NCBI GenBank assembly: GCA_040006055.1
Contig: JBDTXU010000069.1
Coordinates: forward strand, 4,976 to 68,975
Direction of reading: 5' to 3'
DNA from: Sphingomonas bacterium
GTDB lineage: Bacteria > Pseudomonadota > Alphaproteobacteria > Sphingomonadales > Sphingomonadaceae
DNA length: 64,000 nucleotides
Positions 57,918-64,000 of the stretch are shown here, piece after piece. The first letter of the stretch is position 1. Each line of letters starts with the position of its first letter. The notes under the pieces were generated by a model. It made no database searches, had not been told where the DNA came from, and was given only the letters and a program-made list of their open reading frames with translations. The position numbers and the translations under genes are program-made.

Positions 57918-58928
57918 ATGACGCAACCCTCCGGCCCCAAGATCGTCCTGGATGTCCATGCCCATCTGGCGCCCGTCGTTGCGGAACGACTGGCCGAGCT
58001 GGACGGGGTGGACTGGGATGAGACTGCCAGCGTCATGCATGTCGATGGCCATGCCCTGGCTATGAAGAAGCTGTTTGAACCTGCGGAACTGCTGGCCTGG
58101 ATGGGCAGCAACAATGTCGAGCGCGCCTGGATATCCGCGCCGCCCCCGCTCTATCGCCAGCAGCTTCGCGGGAAAGCTGCGCGCGATTGGGCCGGCTATC
58201 TGAACCAGGGACTTGCGGCCATTGCTGAGGAGTCGTCGGGACGTCTCGAGGCCCTGTTTCACCTGCCCACCCAGGATCCCGAGGTCGCGACGCAGATCGT
58301 CGCAGCCGCGCTTGCCGATGGGCATCTCCTGTTCTCGATGCCGACAGGCACCGGGGATGATCGCACTCTGGGCGATCCGGCTTTCGACCCCCTATGGCGA
58401 TTACTCGACCGGGCGGGGGCTTTCGTGTTCATGCATCCGGGCGAGTGTGCCGACGGGCGGCTGCGCGCCTTCTATCTTTCGAACCTGTTGGGCAATCCAT
58501 ACGAGTCGAGCGTCGCGCTCGCTCATCTGGTGTTTGCCGGAGTGCTCGAGCGCTATCCGGGGATGATGCTGTGCCTCGCCCATGGCGGAGGCCTTGCCCC
58601 GATGGTGGCAGGCCGCTGGGAGCGCGGTCACGCGACTGCCAGGCCCGGCGTCGATCGGGCCATCTCCGCTCCGACGCAGCAATTGCGCAACGTCCATGTC
58701 GATTGCATCTGCCACAGCGAACCGGCCGCGAGGCTGGCCGAAGAGATTTTTGGGAGCGACAGGGTAGTCTTTGGTTCGGACTGGCCCTTTCCGATGGGCT
58801 TGATCGAGCCGCACGAGCAGCTGCGCAGCTTCGACGCGGAACGGCGTTCGCGATACGTGTCCGGCAATCCGCTGCAGCTTCTCGAACGCCTGGAGCGACG
58901 TGGCACGCAGGGCGGGAAGTCGGGATGA
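57918..58928 (+). CDS. Amidohydrolase_2 family (ACMS decarboxylase-like)
   Basis: DVHAH, FMHP, AHGGG, FGSDWPF. Confidence 0.87.
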   Translation: MTQPSGPKIVLDVHAHLAPVVAERLAELDGVDWDETASVMHVDGHALAMKKLFEPAELLAWMGSNNVERAWISAPPPLYRQQLRGKAARDWAGYLNQGLAAIAEESSGRLEALFHLPTQDPEVATQIVAAALADGHLLFSMPTGTGDDRTLGDPAFDPLWRLLDRAGAFVFMHPGECADGRLRAFYLSNLLGNPYESSVALAHLVFAGVLERYPGMMLCLAHGGGLAPMVAGRWERGHATARPGVDRAISAPTQQLRNVHVDCICHSEPAARLAEEIFGSDRVVFGSDWPFPMGLIEPHEQLRSFDAERRSRYVSGNPLQLLERLERRGTQGGKSG

Positions 58929-58988
58929 GCACCGCCATTTTCCGCTCTGGCCGATCGGTCAAAGCGGGCGCCGCGTTCGCGGGTCCAA

Positions 58989-59008
58989 ATACTTTATATA
59001 TAAACTAT
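58989..59008. promoter_or_regulatory. TTTA-N4-TAAA palindrome upstream of the monooxygenase
   Basis: ATACTTTATATATAAACTAT, 18/20 self-complementary. Confidence 0.6.
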
Positions 59009-59097
59009 CTCGGCGATCAGGGTAGCGTGGCATGGGCCCAACCGGGTTCGTGGCACGTCGCCAGGCTTTCCGGATCGATAGGCGAGAGGACGCACAC

Positions 59098-60561
59098 ATG
59101 AGCATGAAGACCGGCGAAAAGCACATCCAGGGACTGCGCGATGGCCGTGCGGTATTCATCAATGGCGCGCGGGTGGACGACGTGACCTGTCACCCGGCCT
59201 TCGCCCGCTCGGTGCGATCGGTGGGCGGGCTCTACGATTTCGCCGCCGCGCCCGAAAACGCGGATCTGATGACCTTCGAAATGGCGGATGGGACCCGCGC
59301 CAACCGCATCTGGCAACTGCCTGAAAGCTACGCGGAGATGGTCCAGCGCCGCTACGCGCTGGAAGCCTGGGGCAAGCTGCATGCCGGCTTCTTCGGCCGA
59401 GCCCCGGACTATATCGCCTCGTGCATGTCGGGGATGTTCATGGGGCTCGACGTGCTCGAAGCCTGCGACAAGGAACGCGCCGGGGCCTTTGCCGATTACT
59501 ATCGCTATATCCGGGACAATGATCTCTACCTCACCTCGGTCTTCAACAATCCGCAAGCGGATCGCTCGAAGTCTGCGTCGGGACAGCAGGACGCCTTTCT
59601 GACCGCTGGGGTGGTCGACGAGGATGCTCAGGGCATAACCGTGCGCGGGGCCAAGATGCTTGCCACCGGGGCCATCACCGCGGACGAGATTTTCCTGTCC
59701 AACGTCCAGCCGCTGCAGCCGGGGGACGAACGCTATGCGATCTCCTTCGCCATGCCGATGGGCAGCAAGGGCCTCAAGCTGATGTCGCGCAAGTCCTACG
59801 AGCTGGCGTCGCCATCGGTGTTCGACAACCCGCTCGGCAGCCGCTTCGACGAAAACGACGCGGTGGCCTATTTTGACGACGTGAAAGTGCCTTGGGAGCG
59901 GGTCTTCGTGCTGCGCAACATCGAGATGTGCCAGAAGCAGTTCCAGGGCACGCCGGCCCACGCCTACCAGAACTACCAGGCGATGATCCGCCTCTCGGTC
60001 AAAGTGCGTTTCCTGGTCGGACTGGCGCACCGCATGACCGAAATGAACGGTGTCATCAACTTCCCGCAGGTCCGCGAAACGCTCGGCCAGCTGGCCGCCG
60101 AGAGCAGCATGATCGATGCGCTGGTGGCGGCGATGGAAGCCAAGGGCGCCTTTCACGGCCGCTACTTCGTGCCCGATCGACCGACGCTCTATGCTGCCGA
60201 AATTCTGACCCAGCAGCTTTACCCCAAAATCCTTCACACCCTGCGCGAACTGGCGGGCGGGGGCATGACCATGCTGCCCTCCTCGGTGGCGGATTTTGCC
60301 AATCCCGAGATAGCGACACTGATCGAACGCACCCTGCAATCGCCCACCGCGAGCGCGGCCGAAAAGGTCAAGTTCTACAAGCTGGCCTGGGATGCCGTCG
60401 GATCCGAATTTGCTTCGCGCCACCATCAGTACGAAATGTTCTTCACCGGCGCGGCCTTCGTGATCAAGGCGCGCGCTTTCCGATTTTTCGATTGGGACGC
60501 CGCGGGATCCCTGGTGAGCAATATTCTCGACGGATATGAACTGTCTGACGAATTGACGTGA
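59098..60561 (+). CDS. HpaB-family flavin-dependent aromatic monooxygenase (oxygenase component)
   Basis: LRDGR, GRAPDY, VRGAKMLAT, SRFDENDA, VPWERVF, WDAVGSEFASRH..YE. Confidence 0.9.
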   Translation: MSMKTGEKHIQGLRDGRAVFINGARVDDVTCHPAFARSVRSVGGLYDFAAAPENADLMTFEMADGTRANRIWQLPESYAEMVQRRYALEAWGKLHAGFFGRAPDYIASCMSGMFMGLDVLEACDKERAGAFADYYRYIRDNDLYLTSVFNNPQADRSKSASGQQDAFLTAGVVDEDAQGITVRGAKMLATGAITADEIFLSNVQPLQPGDERYAISFAMPMGSKGLKLMSRKSYELASPSVFDNPLGSRFDENDAVAYFDDVKVPWERVFVLRNIEMCQKQFQGTPAHAYQNYQAMIRLSVKVRFLVGLAHRMTEMNGVINFPQVRETLGQLAAESSMIDALVAAMEAKGAFHGRYFVPDRPTLYAAEILTQQLYPKILHTLRELAGGGMTMLPSSVADFANPEIATLIERTLQSPTASAAEKVKFYKLAWDAVGSEFASRHHQYEMFFTGAAFVIKARAFRFFDWDAAGSLVSNILDGYELSDELT

Positions 60562-60694
60562 AAAGGTGCGCCTTCCTCGCTCTCTGAACCTGTCTTCGGC
60601 CAGCCTATTGGGCAATCGGATCATCGGCCGTATTCCCCGGGTTTGCCAGATTGAGATGGAACTCGATATCTGACACTCGTCCGCTTGCACATGC

Positions 60695-60728
60695 CTCCGA
60701 TTTATTTTAGACTTAAAATAAATCGGAG
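60695..60728. promoter_or_regulatory. 34-bp inverted repeat (MarR-type operator) over promoter and RBS
   Basis: CTCCGATTTATTTTA-GACT-TAAAATAAATCGGAG; TTGCAC-N17-TAGACT promoter. Confidence 0.75.
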
Positions 60729-60734
60729 CAGATC

Positions 60735-60905
60735 ATGCGCATTGCCTGTCTCGGCGGCGGACCCGCCGACCTCAATTTCGCGATTTCGATGGAGCTGCGC
60801 GTGGCAGCCGACCTTGGCGATGGCGGGGCGGACGTGCGCGCGCCCTGGGTTAGCGGGCAGGCGCAACGTGCGCGCCGCCTTGCCAAGGCCGCGCCGGGCG
60901 CGTGA
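60735..60905 (+). pseudogene. abmA: Internally deleted anthraniloyl-CoA monooxygenase/salicylyl-CoA 5-hydroxylase remnant
   Basis: 56 codons starting MRIACLGGGPADLNFAISMELR (family start MRIACLGGGPAGLYFAISMKLR); followed by MarR and thioesterase as in abm operons. Confidence 0.75.
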
Positions 60906-60942
60906 AATGCGAACGGGTATTCGAGCCGGAGAGGATGAGCGG

Positions 60943-61431
60943 TTGAGCGGGACCATACAGGATAAGCATGGTGGCAGTGTCGCTGGACGTATGGACGTGC
61001 GGCTCTGGCTGCGGCTGCTGAGCTGCTCGACGGTGATCGAGAAGCGTTTGCGCCGCCGCTTCGCCGACCGCTTCGATACCACATTGCCGCGCTTCGATGT
61101 GCTTGCCGCGCTCGACCGGCACCGCGAAGGCATGACGATGAGCGAACTGTCGCGCGCCCTTCTCGTCTCGAACGGCAATGTCACGGCGCTGGTACGTCAG
61201 CTGCACTCGCAGAATCTGGTGGCGCTGGCGGCGCCGCCAGGCGATCGCCGATCGCAGGTGGTGAGGTTGACCGCCGACGGCACCGCCCATTTCGCGACCC
61301 TCGCCGCCGCGCATCATGCGTGGATCGGGGCAATGCTGGCCGATGTGCCGGCCGACCAGCAGGCCGCATTGTTCACGCTGTTGGGGGCCGTGAAGGCCTC
61401 GATCGCGCGTGAGGAAGATGACGAGGAATGA
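60943..61431 (+). CDS. MarR-family regulator
   Basis: RLWLRLL, TTLPRFDVLAAL, SNGNVT, DRRS..V.LT; TTG start after GGAGAGG. Confidence 0.9.
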   Translation: MSGTIQDKHGGSVAGRMDVRLWLRLLSCSTVIEKRLRRRFADRFDTTLPRFDVLAALDRHREGMTMSELSRALLVSNGNVTALVRQLHSQNLVALAAPPGDRRSQVVRLTADGTAHFATLAAAHHAWIGAMLADVPADQQAALFTLLGAVKASIAREEDDEE

Positions 61432-61859
61432 GATTCACGGCCCAGGCGCTGGTCCGTTTCGCCCATGTCGATGCGGCAGGTATCGTCTTCTATCCGCGCT
61501 ATTTCGAGATGGTGAATGCCGCGCTCGAGGATTTCTTCGCGGACAGAATCGGCATGAGCTTCCAGGCGATGCACGGGGAACTCGGGGTCGGCGTTCCTAC
61601 CGTCAAACTCGAGAGCGAGTTCATCGAGCCCAGCAGGCTAGGTGATCTCCTCGACATCGATATTTCGGTAGAGAGGGTTGGCACGAGTTCCGCGACGCTG
61701 CAGTTCGACGTTACCTGCGGGGGCAGGCGACGTCTTGTCGTGCGCAGTGTGATCGTCTGCATGGACCTCGCGTCAGCGAAATCCGTGGCATGGCGGCCCG
61801 AGATTCGCGATCGGCTTTCCCCGGTTTCTGAATTCGCGCCTTATGGCGGTGACGCTTAG
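61428..61859 (+). CDS. Acyl-CoA thioesterase (4-hydroxybenzoyl-CoA thioesterase family)
   Basis: VRFAHVDAAGIVFYPRYF; ATGA overlap. Confidence 0.92.
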   Translation: MRFTAQALVRFAHVDAAGIVFYPRYFEMVNAALEDFFADRIGMSFQAMHGELGVGVPTVKLESEFIEPSRLGDLLDIDISVERVGTSSATLQFDVTCGGRRRLVVRSVIVCMDLASAKSVAWRPEIRDRLSPVSEFAPYGGDA

Positions 61860-61950
61860 CATCACGCGAACGGGGGCGGCGGGCGCGTTGACGCAATCGT
61901 CTCCGAGCCCGCCCTCACGCTCCCGGGCCGGAATGCGCCTCGCTGCGGCG

Positions 61951-62862
61951 TCAGACCGCAACGACCGGATGGCGCAGGCGCCCGATGCCTTCGACCGCGC
62001 ATTCGATCACGTCGCCGGGCCAGACCCATTCCTGCGGATTGCGACCGGCGCCGACGCCTTCGGGCGTGCCCGTGGCGATGATGTCGCCGGGCTCTAGGGT
62101 GATGCCCTGGCTGATGTCGGCGATCAGCTCGTCCACCTTGAACAGCATGTGGCTGGTGTTCGAACGCTGCTTCTCGACGCCGTTGACGGTGAGCCAAAGG
62201 TCCAGCGTCTGGGGGTCGGGAATCTCGTCGGCGGTGACGATGCACGGGCCCATCGGTGCGAAGCTGTCCTGGCCCTTGGAATAGATCCACTGGCCGGCGC
62301 GACGGCAATCGCGCGCGCTCATATCGATCAGCACAGTGTAGCCGAACACATGGGTGAGCGCGCCTTCGCGCGCGACGCCCTTGGCGGTGGTGCCGATAAT
62401 CGCGGCAAGTTCAACCTCCCAATCGAGCTGCTGGGTGATCTTCGCATTGTGCAGGATTGGCTCGCCCGGCCCGATTACGCTTGTCGGCGGCTTGGAGAAG
62501 ATCACCGGCTGCTTGGGCAGATCGGGCGAGGTATCGAGCGCGGCGGCGGATTCGGCGACATGATCGATATAGTTGAGTCCGATGCCGAAGATGTTCTTGC
62601 GCGGGCGCGGGATCGGCGCGAGCAGCGTCACGTTCGCGAGCGGCAGCGCGCCATCGACCGGCCACGCGCCGTCGGCTTTCTTGAGCAGCGCATTCGTCGC
62701 CTTCACCGCGACCGGGCCAAGGTCGATGAATTCGAGCATGGTCGAGGGGAGGGCGACGCCGTGCGCCGCGCCGAGCTTGGCCAGATCGATGACGAGGCCA
62801 TCGAAGATGGCGCCGAGGCGGCCGGCGCTGTCGATTTGGGCGCGATAGGTGACGAGGCGCAT
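61951..62862 (-). CDS. FAH-family hydrolase (fumarylpyruvate hydrolase-like)
   Basis: IGLNY..H, FSKPP, LDWEVEL, SARD, TGTPEGVG. Confidence 0.92.
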   Translation of the reverse strand: MRLVTYRAQIDSAGRLGAIFDGLVIDLAKLGAAHGVALPSTMLEFIDLGPVAVKATNALLKKADGAWPVDGALPLANVTLLAPIPRPRKNIFGIGLNYIDHVAESAAALDTSPDLPKQPVIFSKPPTSVIGPGEPILHNAKITQQLDWEVELAAIIGTTAKGVAREGALTHVFGYTVLIDMSARDCRRAGQWIYSKGQDSFAPMGPCIVTADEIPDPQTLDLWLTVNGVEKQRSNTSHMLFKVDELIADISQGITLEPGDIIATGTPEGVGAGRNPQEWVWPGDVIECAVEGIGRLRHPVVAV

Positions 62863-62887
62863 CGGAATAACCTTCTGGTTCGAGAGA

Positions 62888-64000
62888 TTAAAGGAGCGGT
62901 TGGTGCCCGCCGTTTTCACCGAACGCCTCGGCGCGATAGAGGCCGAGCGCCTTCATCACCGGCAGGTCGTGGAAGGCGAACAGGCAGGCGTCCTCGCGGT
63001 CCGAGCCGTTGACGTGCTCGTGATACATCCAGTTGGGCACCACGAAGATGTCGCGCTCGCCCCAGTCGAAGCGGCGGCCGTTGATGATCGAATGACCCGC
63101 TCCCTTGGCACACTGATAGACGAAGCTGCCGACCTCACGATGCGCCCTGGTATGCTCGCCGGGGCGCAGCAACTGCATCGAAGCGCCCATCGTCTGCATC
63201 ACCGGGCCGCCGCTCGCCGGGTTCACGTAGTCCATGTGGATGCCGTCGAACGGCGAACCGTCGCTGACCTTGGCGAAGCGCAGAAGCGCCTCATAAGTTG
63301 GCGCCCATTCATATTTGAGCAGGGGTGAATAACGCTTGGACCAGCTTTCGCCAGCCGGACGCAGCGCCGCCGAACCCCAAGTCGCGCTGGAATCATCGAC
63401 CGGGAAAGAGACGGCCTGCTGCAGTTCCGGGTGCACCTCGTAGAAATTGGCTTCGAGCGCGTTCATCAGCGGGATATCGAGCCCGTCTTGCCAGATGCAC
63501 GGCGTGCCGTCCTCCGCGACGCCATGTTCGTGCCAGGTGCCGTTGGGGGTGAGGACGAAATCATTGGCGCTAAGCGTCATCTTGTGGCCATCGACGTTGG
63601 TGAAGGCGCCCGTGCCCTCCATGATGAACCGCAATGCGGAGGCCGAGTGGCGGTGGCTGGAGGCGCATTCGCCCGGTCCCATGACCTGCAGGCCGGAATA
63701 GAGCCAACCGACGACGGCTGCGACGTGCTGCCGGCCCGGATTTTTCAGATAGACGACGCGGCGACCGGCCTGGTCGGGTGTGACCAATTCGAGCGCGCGC
63801 ATCACCGAATCGCGCAGGTCAGCGAAGCGCCACACCATCGGCACCGAGGTGGAGACAGGCTCCCACGGCTCGATCTTGTTCGCGATCGTCCACAGCGCGC
63901 CCGCGTGGCAGCTTTCAAGCTGCCGGTAGAACGCGACGAGTTCGGCGGTATCGGCGACGTTGGCGCGGCCGATCGTCTCTTCGCGATATTGATCGTAGGT
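62888..64000 (-). CDS. Gentisate 1,2-dioxygenase-family bicupin (5'-truncated by window edge)
   Basis: HRHSASALRF, PNGTWHEH, WQDGLDIP, DLPVMKALG; frame is open to the window end. Confidence 0.9.
   Translation of the reverse strand, partial: TYDQYREETIGRANVADTAELVAFYRQLESCHAGALWTIANKIEPWEPVSTSVPMVWRFADLRDSVMRALELVTPDQAGRRVVYLKNPGRQHVAAVVGWLYSGLQVMGPGECASSHRHSASALRFIMEGTGAFTNVDGHKMTLSANDFVLTPNGTWHEHGVAEDGTPCIWQDGLDIPLMNALEANFYEVHPELQQAVSFPVDDSSATWGSAALRPAGESWSKRYSPLLKYEWAPTYEALLRFAKVSDGSPFDGIHMDYVNPASGGPVMQTMGASMQLLRPGEHTRAHREVGSFVYQCAKGAGHSIINGRRFDWGERDIFVVPNWMYHEHVNGSDREDACLFAFHDLPVMKALGLYRAEAFGENGGHQPLL

Noticed and set aside
58925-59101. 58-codon ORF overlapping the flanking stop and start codons
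   Set aside because: Spans an AT-rich operator palindrome; better explained as promoter DNA
1-64000. CRISPR arrays, tRNA/rRNA genes, integrases, IS elements, phage or defence genes
   Set aside because: No spaced direct repeats, RNA-gene signatures or corresponding protein motifs seen

Overview
GC-rich, densely coding alphaproteobacterial DNA; gene content and TonB-dependent receptor types suggest a sphingomonad (inference). No rRNA, tRNA, CRISPR array or intact mobile element was seen. The window is a mosaic of catabolic modules for N-containing and aromatic compounds: (i) an uncharacterised operon (class III aminotransferase, MFS, ALDH, Asp-box propeller, VOC, AA_synth, hydrolase, ThDP enzyme, two atypical SDRs); (ii) tynB-rid-tynA tyramine-oxidase-like genes with an ALDH and an APC permease; (iii) an iad-like lower auxin/oxindole pathway (iorAB, two MarR, CoA ligase, thiolase-like protein, DUF35-SDR, isatin-hydrolase-like cyclase); (iv) a GntR-linked cupin/Ldh/FAH/RidA/ACMSD-like operon; (v) an HpaB-family monooxygenase, an internally deleted abmA remnant, a thioesterase and a gentisate-type dioxygenase. 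Interleaved are uncharacterised envelope genes: two paralogous membrane-anchored winged-helix regulators flanking a beta-lactamase-fold protein that has lost all three catalytic motifs, a DUF6152-like operon, a DUF6644-like membrane pair, a haem-c lipoprotein and two TonB receptors. Shared promoter motifs read directly from the DNA connect distant loci: a ~115-bp duplicated promoter, two MarR-type operator classes and a 17-bp motif. Family names are recognised from memory and need HMM confirmation.
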